The notes under the pieces: model-generated
What the model was told of the DNA's origin: nothing
Database searches by the model: none
What the model saw: only the letters and a program-made list of their open reading frames with translations
From: Octopus vulgaris
Lineage: Eukaryota
DNA: 64,000 nucleotides
Assembly (NCBI GenBank): GCA_951406725.2
Contig: OX597826.1
Coordinates: 41,106,001 to 41,170,000 of the forward strand
Reading direction: 5' to 3'
Position numbers and translations under genes: made by a program
Shown: positions 42,757-56,566 of the stretch, piece after piece
How positions within the stretch are numbered: position 1 is the stretch's first letter
Layout: every line of letters starts with the position of its first letter

Positions 42757-45100
42757 CAACGAGTGCCAACTTAAAATCAGAATTTTATGCTAAATTTCAG
42801 TAGGAAATTTTTTTAAAAATTGCTAAAACATGCTAAATATGACAAAAAAAAAAAAAAATGCCAAAGACTAATTATATCAAAAAGCTTGAGTTTTATTTAA
42901 ATTTTTATTTACTTTCTTGAATTATATTCAGCATTGAGAAATAATTTCTTGAATTTCACTGATTTGATAACTTTCAGCTGCAGTGCTTGACTTCTGTATA
43001 GATTCAAGGTCCCAATCTTGTTAATCATGGGTTTTGGAATATTGAAGTTTTTGCAACATTTGCCATATCTTTTCAGGGAAAGAATTCCTCCCCCACCCCT
43101 TTTCTCTCTCTCTCTCTTTTTTTTTTCTTTTATACGAAAAACCTCCGTTTTCTGATACGGAGATTCCGGAAAATTGCCAACAATCGGCATTTTGAAATTT
43201 CGGCCCCTCCCTGCCCCTTCCCCCAATTTCTTCATTTTTCACTTTTTCCCTAACCCTAAAACCTAAAACACTAACCTAACCCTAAAACCTTAACCCCTAA
43301 CTCTAAACCCTAACACCCTAACCGTAACTACAAACATTTTTTGAAATTTTTTTTTCAGAATCATAATCTCCGCATTTTTCATCTTTTGAAAAAAAAAAAA
43401 AATTTCTGAAAAAAGTTAAAAATGAAGAAATTAGGGTGGGGTGGGGTAATTTCAAAATGCCGATTTTTGCCAAATTTTTGCAGATTCGTATTCTCCGTAG
43501 CCGAAAACTGGGGTTTGTGTAGAATAAATAAATAAAAGGAGTGTTTTTGGTGGAGTACAAAAGGAAGTCTTCCAATCAGGCAATATTTTATAGACATTAT
43601 TGATCTAAGTATAGGAAGATGCATTTTCAATTTTGATTTGATTACACTTATACTACTGAACAACCGTTCAGTTTCTGAATTTGAGTTTGGCAATACCAAT
43701 AGATTAATGGCAAAATTTGCAACATCTCTAAAAGGATTTCCTCCAGTAGCATCTTTATATTCCAAGACTTTCAGCCAGAATGCCTCAGTATTAGACTTAT
43801 TTGTCCATTTAACTAAATGAATGCTATTAAACTGAATTTCAATTGAAGCAATTTTTTCTTCATTTAAATGCATTGACAGGTGAAATTTTGCTCTTTGAAA
43901 TGCTGCAAAATATTCTCTACTGAAAAATAGTTTTATGTTCTTCAGGTTATAAAATGAGATAGGGGTTTAATATTTCCTGGCAAACGGTGCTTGAGTTCTT
44001 TATAAAGGTAGAGTAAAAAATTTCGTGCTCTTTTGCAAATATTATTTTCTTTGGTGGCTGTTACAGTCTTCTTGATAATCATTTCTGCTATCTTGCTCTC
44101 GAACCTGTAGCCTAAATTTGGTTTAGGATCCAGAATTTTTTTTCAATAGAAGCATCCGGATCAAGAGGATCAATTCTACATGTTGGCAACACTATCATAT
44201 TAGCAACAGATTTGATCAAATTTGAAAGCTCTTCAAGTAATTTGGTTTCGTCGACAGTGTTTAATTCAAACAGTTTATTCCCTTTCTGAACATATTTTGA
44301 AATTGGATAGAAAAATGATTCTTAGAATCACAAAACATTTCATATAACGTTTGTACTGTAAAGCATTTTTCTTTTGTAGTTGTAGTTTGGAAGTGAGTTT
44401 GCAATTCAAACCATTGGCTTAAAATTCTGTTTACCACTTGTTCTATGGAGAGTCACCTATTTGTACAAGAATTCACGATCTTCAAAGACTCTTTATCATT
44501 GATAGCAAGATAAAGTTGTTTTTTAGGCACTTTGTCTTGTTGAAGAATGAGAGGACCGTTTATAGGTTTCGGATACTAAAAATTCTAAATTTATGGGCAA
44601 GGATTCAGCACAAGTGTGGGATACTGCCAACTGTAAAGAAAGACATACACATCTAAATAGAAGTAATGATGGAATTTCTTTTAATTTCTGGAAAACACCA
44701 TTGTTGACACCTATCATTACTCTAGCATTATTGGTTCCTATAGCCAATAAATTTTTTATATCTAATTTCTTTTTCACTAATTCAATTTTTAAAGCATCTA
44801 CAATGCCATCTGCATCACATGTTTCTAAAGTTACCATAGTGAGATATGTATGTACCACTTTTTTGTGAGTGTAACTATAATATATGGTAACAATTCCTAA
44901 CAACTTGTTTATCGATATATCATTGAATTCATCTAATAACAAGCTAAATTTTCTATCTCCTGTATCTGAAATCAAATCTCCGTCAAAATATGGAGCTAGA
45001 ACATTTCTCATAATATTTGCACATTTTGTACGATGCAGCTTCACTTTGGATATAATATCAGTATCAGACGTATAATTCTTACATAACTCTATTTACTTTC
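42757..45100 (-). mobile_element. hAT-superfamily transposase pseudogene (boundaries approximate)
   Basis: FSLLLDEFNDIS, AIGTNNARVMIG, CVCLSLQL (CxxH site), FW...LPNSNSETERLFS (hATC dimerisation domain); many frameshifts. Confidence 0.85.
43078..43575. mobile_element. MITE-like insertion with long imperfect inverted arms and an internal telomere-like (CCCTAA)n tract
   Basis: Flanked by TCAGG (43073-43077, 43576-43580); removing it restores the hAT frame YCLKRYG; arms at about 43120-43245 and 43410-43540; degenerate CCCTAA at 43248-43328. Confidence 0.75.
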
Positions 45101-45633
45101 ACTTTGACGGTTTTAAAATAGGCCTGTGTTTTGGATTAGCTGTGATCACTTTATTAAGTGTTAATCCAAAACAAGCACGAAAAAACACAGGCCTATTTTA
45201 AAACAGTCAAACTGAAAGTAAATCAGTCAACCTGTCATGATAAAAACTCATTACTACAGAATAAAGCATTGTGAGGACAATTTTCCATGCTTTCATTCTT
45301 TGCAACAAATTTACGTTGTGTAGTGAGTTCAGGTGCTGACATGAGTTATCTTCTCCCCTTCCCCCAACACTCTTTATCCAAATCGGTGGCGGCGGGGCTC
45401 GAAAAGTTCATACCTGGATAAACTTTCATTTGAAGTTTCAAGATAGTGAAAGAAAAATTTGAGGACGCGGAGGTAACTATTGTGGATTAAATCGATCCAG
45501 AGTAACTATTGTGGAAATGTCATGATCAGAGAAAAATGCTGAATAAAATTTTAAACCTATTTTCCCTGCTAAATGCAAGATTCAAAAATTTTCTGCTAAA
45601 CGCTGAAAAAAAAAGGATCTTTTTATTTTGAAA

Positions 45634-45862
45634 GCCAGATTTTTCAGATTTTTCTAGTTAACTAAATAATTTGAAACTTAGGCCGTAAATGATATGAAGT
45701 CGAAAGAAAGAATACCGTTGGTTAAAATTCGAATTATTAAACAACGTTAAACTTAGAAATTACAATTCCGTTTTCATTTTGGTTTACATTTATGTTTTCT
45801 TTTGACACATTCTACCAGTATACGAAGTTTCAAATTGTTTAGTTAACTAGGAAAATCTGGCC
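45634..45862. repeat. Small inverted-repeat element
   Basis: CAGATTTTTCTAGTTAACTAAATAATTTGAAACTT vs AAGTTTCAAATTGTTTAGTTAACTAGGAAAATCTG. Confidence 0.6.
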
Positions 45863-46790
45863 CAACTATAATATAAGGAACTCAACGTAGGCAAATGACT
45901 GAAAATACAAGAAAAAGTTATGCATTTAGCCAACAAAGTAGAGTTTAACTCTACTATAAATACAAAGTCGGGTTCCTCAAATTGCACTCTATAGTCTTGC
46001 CAGCGGAGTTAAAGAATACGTACACCACTCGTTTTCGGCGTAACGATGACCCTAACCTTAAACACCGGGTGTGCGTATTCTTTACTTTTGCCATCTTACC
46101 AAGGGGAGAAAACATGAGTGATGAAGTCCTATGTAATACTCGAGAAAAAAAGAACAATCGATTAAATCGAACCTTCATCGCGGACCCCATGTACATATAC
46201 ATCTTAGTTGATTTAGCAAATACATTGATTTCATGAAAGCGCCATTTGATAAAACCTCACCCACCCCCACCCTGGGCTTCTTTTTTCTTTAATCTTTCTA
46301 TGCACCTGCCCATCTGTATATTTAATATTGATTTCAGCGTTCATGAAATGCTTCATCTGGGACCATCTTACTCTATATCCCACTCATTAAGAGAGGCAAA
46401 GCAAGTGCGCGTGTAGGGAGCAAGTCGCTCCCAGAGTACAAGGGTGAAGGGGCTCAAAATTTCATTTTGCTTTACCATGACTGCTAATTAAGGTCGGGGC
46501 TCTAAGATTGTTTTTACCCCTGCGATGCTGAGAACACTTGTCATAAGCTTTATATAAAACATGATAGCCTTTTTTTCTTTTCTTTTTTTTTTACTTGTTT
46601 TAGTCATTTGACTGTGGCCATGCTGGAGCACCGCCATTAGTCGAGCAAATCGACCCCAAGACTTATTCTTTGTAAGCCTAGTACTTATTCTATCGGTCCC
46701 TTTTGCCGAACCGCTAGGTTACGGGGACGTAAACACACCTGCATCGGTTGTCAAGCGATGTTGGAGGGACAAAGACAGACACAAACATAT

Positions 46791-46821
<31 letters not shown>

Positions 46822-46984
46822 CAACGGGCTTCTTTCAGTTTCCGCCTACCATCTCCACTCACAAGGCTTTGGTCGGCCCGAGACTATAGTAGAAGACACT
46901 TGCTCAAGATGCTACGCAGTGGGATTGAACCCGGAACCATGTGGTTCTTAAGCAAGCCGCACAGCCACTCCTACGCCTAATAGT

Positions 46985-47580
46985 ATTGATTTCAAATTTT
47001 GGCACAAAGTCAGCAAATTCAAGGGAAGAGATAAGTCGATTACATCGCTCAGTGCTCAACTGTTACTTATTTTATCGACCCCGAAAGGATGAAAGGCAAA
47101 GTCAACCTCGGCAGGATTTGAACTGAGGACGTAAAGACGGCCGAAATACTATTTCTTTACTACCAGCAAGGGGCCAAACACAGAGAGGATAAACAAGGAC
47201 AGACAAACGGATTAAGTCGATTAGATCGACCCCAGTGCGTAACTGGTACTTAATTTATCGACCCCGAAAGGATGACAGGCAAAGTCGACCTCGGCGGAAT
47301 TTGAACTCAGAACGTTACGGCAGACGAAATACCTATTTCACCCGGCGTGCTAACGTTTCTACCAGCTCGCCGCCTTATATATCCTTTAATGTTAATTACG
47401 AGTATTAGGTCATATGCCAAAATCTGAAATCAATATTAAATATTAGCTTTGTCTGTCTTTACATTCTAAGTTCAAATTCCGCCGAGGTCGACTTTGTTTT
47501 TCATCACCTTTCAGGGTCAATGTAATCGACTTACTCTCCTCCGGCCGGAGTTACTGGCCTTGTGCTGAAATTTGAACCCA
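46985..47580. mobile_element. SINE cluster including a tandem multimer (46985-47375, minus)
   Basis: Repeated GAAAGGATGAAAGGCAAAGTCGACCTCGG cores; junction GAAATACTATTTCTTTACTACC. Confidence 0.8.
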
Positions 47581-50384
47581 ATGTTAAAGGGAATGTATAC
47601 CTTTTGCTGTACTAATAATTAATATTACAATTTTGCTCTACATCAAATTAACACAAGTATTAAGGATAATAATGCGTTTCCGACAGTGGGTATTTTCAAT
47701 TGTTGGCATTGTATGAATTTGGATTACCTGGAACCTCTGTGAAATCGCTAGACATGCTAGAAACAGCAACCAGTTCTTCCCTAAATCACACACTACCGTC
47801 TTATATAATGAAGTCCCAAATACCCTGAAAAAGACTAGATGCTCATGGCTGGAATGTCTTTGATCGTAAGTTCTGCTGGGTTAGAAATGACTCGGGACTA
47901 AACAGCTATATATCTTGATAACTGTTTAACTTTGCCAACATGAATACAAAACATAAACACGTGTTGAGATCCAAGTTCAAACTAAGAGATAACTTGTGGT
48001 TTTGGTCTCTTACCGCCGATAATTTTCATTAGTCAAAAGAACAAAAGAAACCATTCGTGTACGGAAGACAATTAAGGATTTAATATCACATTTACAATCG
48101 TGTATGTATTTTTACTTTAATATATATGATATCTTTATAACAATTCGCTTCCTTCCTAGTCATTAGAAATTTCACTAGAAAATTATGCTTTGATTTAGAT
48201 GTATTTTTTTGAAACTAGGTACAAGTATATTTCATAAGAGGTTAGTTGAATCTACTGCCAGCTGTAAAATAGTTACGACTATGTTCTGAGTTCAAATCTC
48301 GCCGAAATTAACTTTGCTTTTCCTTCTTCCTAGTTCGACAAAACCTGTCGAGTCCTGAGAATGATTTAATCTCTTATTATAAAATATTCCTATAAAACAT
48401 AGTATATGTTAATGGACTTCTGAGATTTGCTCTGGTTTAGATGTACAAAGAAAGAAATCCATTTCCTTGCTGCTAAATAGATGTAGATATTGGCTAAAAG
48501 TGGGTTGAAGAGAATCAGATAATGATAGGATATAAGAATAAATGATATTTCATTGCTGGTATTATTATTTTGACAAGATAGTCAGCCCTGATCAATGCTG
48601 GGTCTCCTATTACGTGTCATTGACTTTTCAGACTGAATTGACACCGGTGATACACGTAAATAGTCCCCGACATAAATCAAAGGTAACTACAGAAGCTCAT
48701 TCATTGCAGTTTGTTCCTGAGTGATACCATGTCATCTCATAAAATGCCGGGCAAATATTCATCAGCAAAACGACTCATTTTTTCTTTAAGTTTCAGTGTT
48801 AGGGACCTGTTATTTGTGTCTATGCTGTCATTCAACAGAAAACTTGTTGATTTGGTAACAATCGTTACATATAGGAATGCCCACATTTGGGGGTGGGGTG
48901 GAATTGTCCTCTTTTTACCTTTTTTTTAACGCCCCAGAGAATTACAAAGTTAAAAATTATATTTAAACTATCGGGAGTATTTCAGCTCAGAATAATGAGA
49001 CACTGAAAGTAAAGAGCTTGGCTTGTTAATTGGGAGGTAATCTAAACTAGATGAACATGTGGATACCAATGAATATAAAAAAGAGAGAGGGTGTGATAAA
49101 AAAAAAAAATTCAAATAAAGTAGATATCATATTGGTAGGGTAAAATCCAAGCTGTGTCCTCTTGAAGCACAGCTGCTTATTCCAGAATTATAATCCACTA
49201 TGCATTTGTTGTTGTATTGATGTGAGATACATTTTGAGTTGAAAATTCTGAGAATATTGTTTGTAACAAAACAGGAAATTGGAAATGTTTTACATATTTT
49301 TTATTCACCATTACACGTTTCACTTGCTAATAGGAATCACGAAGTTGTACATACTGAATAAAAATGTAAGAAATTTCCTATTAGAAAGGATAAAGGACTG
49401 AGACACCTGGCACCTGGCTGTACTCAAGAAGACCCGTGTTATGTAAAGCACTCATGGTGGTGATGCCATTTAAAAGTGTCCATGTGGTGTCATGTAAAAC
49501 CACCTGTGTGGCAACACATAAAAGCATCTGTGCAGCATCATGTAAAAGCATCCAGCACACTTTGTAAAGTGGTTGGTGTTAGGAAGAGCATCCAGCCATA
49601 GAAACCATGCCAAATCAGAATGAAATCTGGCGCAGCCCCTTCCCAGCTTGCCAGCTCTGGTTACACTGTCCAAACCATGCTAGCATGGATGACAAACATT
49701 AGATGGTGGATGATGATGATGATGATGAAATCCTTCAGACTGAGAATAGGTAGATAGATAGATAGATAGATCATCATCATCATTTAATGACCATTTTCCA
49801 TGCTGGCATGGGTTGGACGGTTTGACACAAGCTGGATAGCTACACCAGGGTCCAGTTGTCAGTTTTGACACAATTATGACAGCTGGATGCTCTTCCTAAT
49901 CCCAACCTCTTTACAGAGCGTACTGGGTGCTTTTTATGTAGTACCAGCACTGGAGCTTTTTTTGATGGTTTCAGCATGGGAGATAAAATATTTTATTTAC
50001 ATAAAATATTTTGTTCTGATTGTTTAGCTTTATGCAGACTTGTCTAAAAATTTTAGTCTTTCTTTCTTTCTTTCTCTCTCTCTTTTTCTCTCTTACTATC
50101 TCACCCCCTGTGTGTTATCTTTCTATTTAATATACCATCTATTTTTTTAAACTTATTTCTCTTTCATATATACATGCATACTTCACATGCTCACTTGTGT
50201 TTTGAAACGTACTGTTAAGAGTTTTTACTTTGACTTTTGTTGAAAAAACACAGCTGATAACCCCAGTTAATCATTTGATCTTGATAAAATAATTAGGCAT
50301 CATCTACATACACACACAAGCAAAATATTTATATATGTATATTCATGCTTATAGATATTTCTTCACTCTCTCAAACATGTACTT

Positions 50385-50600
50385 TATACAAATAAAATCA
50401 AATAAATAACAAAGGAACAGAAATTACATTATCAACATCTTTAGCTTACAGATGTTTCTGCTAGAAGCTCTGAGGAAGCTATAAGGTATGCTCATGCACT
50501 CAGCTTTGAGTGTACTATATCGTATGGCAAAAACACTTGTAAGCTAATGAAGTTGATAACATGACTCCTGTTCCATTGTCATTTATTTAATTTCATATTA
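50385..50600. mobile_element. Degraded PLE-like fold-back relic with decayed hammerhead (related motif at 52753-52833, minus)
   Basis: AGCT-CTGAGGA...AAAAC-ACTT-GTA-AGCT at 50466-50545; imperfect inverted arms. Confidence 0.5.
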
Positions 50601-51526
50601 CACTTTGTTCTTGTGAAATCTTTGTGAGTGTGTGTGTATATATATATATCTTTGTATATGTATAATTGGCATATATATCTTTGTGTGTGTGTATATATAT
50701 ATATATCATCATCGTTTAATGTTCGTTTTCCATGTTGGCATATATATATATCATCATCATCGTTTAATGTTCGTTTTCCATGTTGGCATGGGTTGGATGG
50801 TTTGATTGGGCACTGGCCAGGTGGCCACACCAAGATCCAATCTGATCTGGCAGTGTTTCTACAGCTGGATGCCCTTCCTAATGCCAACCACTCCGAGAGT
50901 GTAGCGGGTGCTTTTTATGTGCCACCGGCATGGGAGCCAGGCAGGCAGCACTACCAACAACCCACACATGCCATTGATTTAGGTACTTAAATTTAGGCAC
51001 TTTGTAAGATCGGTATCATCTGCACACCCAAACAATATTAATTGAATATTAAGACTCCATGCAGGGATATTTGTACTTGATATTCCAGCTGTGTGTGCAG
51101 ACAACGCAACCCAGCTAAGTGAAGATATCCACTCTTGATAATTGAGACATGTACTTTTTATAAAGGTACTTTCTATTGTATTTTTATAAAGGTACTTTCT
51201 ATAGTATTTCTGAAGTGTAGATTCCAAGTAAGGTGAATAAAATATAGTAAGGTAAATAAAATATTTATATTGTTTCTTTGGTCATATCTTTATTTTCTAA
51301 ACTCATTCTGCCACAGACATGACCAAAGAAACAATGTAAATATTTTGAGTTCCATTATTGATGTAAATATGTTAAGGAAATCATTGTATCCCTTATGTTT
51401 GAAGTCTATGTGATCATCTGATGAGAACAGTTTCTTTCAAATGATGTAATGTTTCCATTAATCAATTAAAGGAGTAACTTGAAACAGCTATAATGAATTG
51501 ACACCTGTACATCTTTGTTACTCATT

Positions 51527-51569
<43 letters not shown>

Positions 51570-51571
<2 letters not shown>

Positions 51572-52560
51572 CCCCGAGTGTATCAGCAAAATTGTCCAAA
51601 TTTTAGATTCAGCTTTGAACCTTTGTATCTCAGGAATTCTTAAAGATAACTTTTAACGTGCCACCGGCTTCCGTGCCGGTGGCACGTTAAAAGCTCCAAC
51701 CGATCGTGGCCGATGCCAGACCCCCCTGGCACCTGTGCAGGTGGCACATAAAAAGCACCCACTACACTCGCGGAGTGGTTGGCGTTAGGAAGGGCATCCA
51801 GCTGTAGAAACTCTGCCAGATCAGACTGGAGCCTGGTGCAGCCCCTGGCTTCCCAGACCCCGGTCGAACCATCCAACCCGTGCTAGCGCGGAAAACGGAC
51901 GTTAAACGATGATGATGATGATGAACTTAATGGAGTTATCAGCAATTTTTCCAACACTATTGGACTCTACTTTGAGCAAGAAAAATTGTTGATTACTCTC
52001 CAGAATTGTGAGGAAGTTGATCATGAACAAAAATGACATTTTCATAAATAATTAACCATCGGTCAGGATTGGGAGCTCACAAAGGATTAGAATAATGTTC
52101 AAATGAAGCTTAAAGTTTTATTTCTAAGTGCCAGAGATAATTCTGACCAAAATTCCACCTTCTAGGCATCAAGAGTTACTCCTCTTTTGGCAATAACTTC
52201 CTCAACACTCTTCCAGACTGCCCCACAAGCTTTTTTAATGAATTCCTCATCAATGTCTTTCAACTACATCCTATGGCTGGAACTTTTGAGGGCTTGCAGA
52301 ATACTGTGGGCTTCTCACAAATTTTTCTGACCAGTTCATTCTGGATGCTGAAATCTAAAAGGGTTCAAATCATGTGATGAAGGCCAAGTGCCCTTACCCC
52401 AAACCCGTTCCCAAACTCATCCTTGAGAAATTTTTGAGCCACTGCACTTGTGTGACAAGGAGCCCCATCTTGCTGTAATATAAACTTGAAGTTCTTAGTG
52501 ATCTTCTTGAGGTTTCTCTCATCTCTTACTTCAGGATATTTAGAAAGAATTCAAGTGTTT
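51570..52560 (-). mobile_element. Tc1-like transposase relic interrupted by an RTE-tailed repeat
   Basis: Reverse strand LQQDGAPCHTS and a degraded PSSHDLNP motif near 52355-52480. Confidence 0.65.
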
Positions 52561-52605
52561 ACGTCTTTCAAAACCTGAACATAAATTCCTGTCAGTCTTT
52601 ATATG

Positions 52606-52641
<36 letters not shown>

Positions 52642-52941
52642 CATCATCATCATCGTCATTGTTTAATGTCTACTTTCAATGATGATGATGATATATATAT
52701 CTAAGAAAAAAAGATGACAAAGGCAAAAAACGATTATGCTGTGGGCTTCATTAGCTTTCAGCTGTTTCTGCTATTAGATGCAGTGGGCTCATAGATAGGT
52801 GCCTGAGTAACACCTTATAGTTTCATTGGAGCTTCGAATATGAAGTGCAGTTTATTTGAGAAAAGAATTATATTTGTGTATATATATAGGAGAGGCATAC
52901 ACACACATATACACACCCATCCATACATGTACACACATATA

Positions 52942-52974
<33 letters not shown>

Positions 52975-52978
<4 letters not shown>

Positions 52979-54778
52979 GAAATGAAGAAAATGCTGACAA
53001 AATAATTTAAGTAAGGGAGAGTGTATTTAATTAGGTGAAAGTTCTTTTCGGTTGCGCATTTGTTATGCTTATCAAAAGATATTTTTTTAAGAGAGATAGA
53101 GTTCCTTTCTGATAGATTTTTTTCTCTTATCTGACTTTATGTTGGGTTTGCTGTCTCTTATATGTGAAAAAAGAGGCTCCAGAGTTGTTTAAGATTTGCT
53201 TGGTTTCGCGCCTAAAATTTCTTGTGGACAATGGTCAATACAATTTTGATTGGTCATTATAAAGGGGTCACGTGAATGTTTGAATGGAAGTTGGTGTTGG
53301 GGTAAAAAAATAGGCTCCAGAGATGTTAAAATTTGGCTAGTGTTGCGCCTAAAATTTCTTACTGGTCATAATAAAGAGGTCATGTGGATGTGGTCATAAT
53401 AGAGGGGTCACATGAATGTTTAGAATGAATGTTGATGTGGGTGGTGTATGGAGTTTTCGAAAATAGCTTTGTTGAAAATTCTTATTGTTCAGGCTGGTCA
53501 GTAGATGTCATGTGGATATTTTAAATAGCTTTTTAGCTTGTTGTTAAGGAGTGTATTTTCCACTTGACTGAATTTGAGCTGGATAAGTAAGTTCGTTTAG
53601 GACAGGAAGAGCTATATGTATGGGATGAAGTTGTGCGGCACAGGTATCAATATGTGCACTAAGTGCTATTTTTCTGTAACCCAATTTTAGAATCTTTCCC
53701 CTCTACAAATGTAAAGACAATGCCACTCATACCCAGCGAATAACCATGGAATCCCACCTTATTAATAAATACAGACCACTTCTAAACACATCCCCCTAAC
53801 ACGAACCCACAACAAACACACTTACACCTGCACACACCCTACACACACTTTTACCCAGATATTAACACCATGACACACGCAAATATATGGTTCCACACAT
53901 ACACATAATTTGATACGGGTGCAAAACATCTAACACTGTTTTTTGGAAATGACTATAAATATTGACTTCACACAAACACATTGCTTCCCGATACAGGCAC
54001 AAGGCCAGCAGAACTATAAATATTGAAAATTGTACCCACACACACACACATATATACACGCGCGCGCGCCCCAACATACATATAAACACACACACATGCA
54101 CACACACACACGCGCGCACACATACATACATATAGCTCTTCCTGTCCTAAAGGAACTTACTTATCCAGCTCAAATTCAGTCAAGCGGAAAATACACTCCT
54201 TAACAACAAGCTAAAAAGCTATTTAAAATATCCACATGACATCTACTGACCAGCCTGAACAATAAGAATTTTCAACAAAGCTATTTTCAAAAACCCCATA
54301 CACCACCCACATCAACATTCATTCTAAACATTCATGTGACCTCTCTATTATGACCACATCCACGTGACCTCTTTATTATGACCAGTAAGAAATTTTAGGC
54401 GCAACACTAGCCAAATTTTAACATCTCTGGAGCCTATTTTCTTACCCCAACATCAACTTCCATTCAAACATTCACGTGACCCCTTTATAATGACCAATCA
54501 AAATTGTATTGACCATTGTCCACAAGAAATTTTAGGCGCGAAACCAAGCAAATCTTAAACAACTCTGGAGCCTCTTTTTTCACATATAAGAGACAGCAAA
54601 CCCAACATAAAGTCAGATAAGAGAAAAAAAATCTATCAGAAAGGAACTCTATCTCTCTTAAAAAATATCTTTTGATAAGCATAACAAATGCGCAACCAGT
54701 AAAAAGAACTTTCACCTAATTAAATACACTCTCCCTTACTTAAATTATTTTGTCAGCATTTTCTTCATTTCCTTTTTT
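52975..54778. mobile_element. Penelope-like 3' remnant with inverted terminal repeats (arms about 52975-53621 and 54125-54778)
   Basis: Spacer 53683-53799 (+) encodes NFRIFPLYKCKDNATHTQRITMESHLINKYRPLLNTSP*, like a PLE GIY-YIG C-terminus; arms hold an HHR-like motif UUGAUAA-GCA..UGC-GCAAC (54668-54707); flanked by (TA)n. Confidence 0.8.
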
Positions 54779-54809
54779 TATATATCACAACTCGTGTTCC
54801 ACATCTCCT

Positions 54810-54852
<43 letters not shown>

Positions 54853-55849
54853 GATGTATGTGCACGTACACACTCATGCATGCACAAACACATGCTTCTT
54901 TCAGTTTCTTGGAAATTCACTCAGTTTGCCCATAGTTGTAGTTGAAGACACTTGCCCAAACATGTAGTTGTAAAGCAAATTTCTTAAATACATAGCCATG
55001 CCTACACATATAGAAAGAAATAATAGTGACCATGACCTTTGGTGATTTGATGTGCTTGAAAAGACTCACCATGCCAAGTGAAATCATAGTTGCGGCTGAT
55101 GCCAGTGACACGTAACAGCTTCCCTGCTGGTGTCTTGTAAAAGCACATGTGCCTGTGAGATGCAAGAGCGCCCATGCCAGTAACACGTAACAAGCACCCG
55201 CGATACTCTTGGAGTGGTTGGTATTAGGAAGGGCATTCGGCCATAGAAACCTCGCCAAATTCACTCTGGAACTTGGGGCAGCCCTACAGCTTACTAGTCC
55301 CAGTCAAGCTCTCTAATCCATGCCAGTATGGAAAGTGGACGTTAAATGATGATGAGGAATCGCACAACTGGTTCAATCTTTCCCTCACCACCCTTCCTTA
55401 CTTGAAGAAAAAAAAAAATAGGAACCTTGGAAATCTCCTGGTAAGAAACTCCACAGTATGCAGCTCCAAACACGCAGGCATTTTTAAATACACTTGCTCA
55501 TGATGCATCACCTACCACTACCATTAACAACTCTACAACCATCATTGGGTCTAAGACATAACATCATATTACTCAGGACGTCTGTTGCACCTTGTCTAAC
55601 TTCATATAATGCATCATATGAAAACTTTGCAGTGCCCTATATATTGGAGAAACAGACCAATGTCTTGCTGATAGCTTTCAGAAGCATTTTTAAAGCTAAG
55701 CTACTACATATGCCTGGCCTATGTATTACCACCCATTTATATACAACAGGCCATTCCATCACTCAGTTGTATAGCATTTCCACATGTTCAAGGAAACAGA
55801 AAAAAACTTCTCATATTTGAACTTAGTATCATGTCACCAACAGGTATAA

Positions 55850-56566
55850 CCCTTCAGTATTCAGCTTACTTTGTCAGATATAATGCTTATTTATTTACAT
55901 TGCTTTGAAGTAGTTATGCATTATCTCACAGCTTTGAGATTTCTTTGATGTGATTGTGTATTTTTAGAATGTTGTAGAGTAAGTGTGAGAAAAAAAAAAA
56001 AAGTAAATTACTTTCTCAAGTCATGCCAACTCACAAAGGCCAGATTTTAGGTTTCATGATGTGTATGTCCCACACCTGGACAGGATGCCAGTCCATCACA
56101 GGATTACTCATTCTTGCCATCTGAGTAGACTGGAACAACATGAAATGAAGAGTTTTGCTCAAGAACACAATGCATTGCCTGGTCTAGGAATTGAAACCAC
56201 AATCTTACAATCATGAGTCCACTACCCTAACCACTAAGCCACATGCCTCCACTAGTAGGTGTGAGAGGCTAGATCTGACTGGTTTGAACATAAAACAGGT
56301 AGAATATTTGGGCTCGATATGGCTGGTTTAACCCTTTTGTTACTAACCTGGCCAAAACCGGCTCTGGTTATGTGGTAAAATGTCTTGTTTTCATAAGTTT
56401 TGAATTGAAATCTTCCACCAAACCTTAGTCACAATTTACATTCCTAACACTAGCTTAATGATAACTAAGTTATTTTACTAAATTCTTTGTTATAGTTAAA
56501 GCAATTGAAAGAAACACAGAGCATCTCAAAATAAATATGGTAGCGAAAGGGTTAAATACTAAAGGG
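55850..56566. mobile_element. TTAA-type MITE hosting a SINE (56010-56252) and a second TTAA MITE (56332-56551)
   Basis: Inner TTAA-CCCTTTTGTTAC...GGTAGCGAAAGGG-TTAA; outer AACCCTTCAGTATT...AATACTAAAGGGTTAA. Confidence 0.75.

Noticed and set aside
43248-43328. Telomere or chromosome-fusion site
   Set aside because: Short, degenerate, and internal to an insertion bounded by a duplication.
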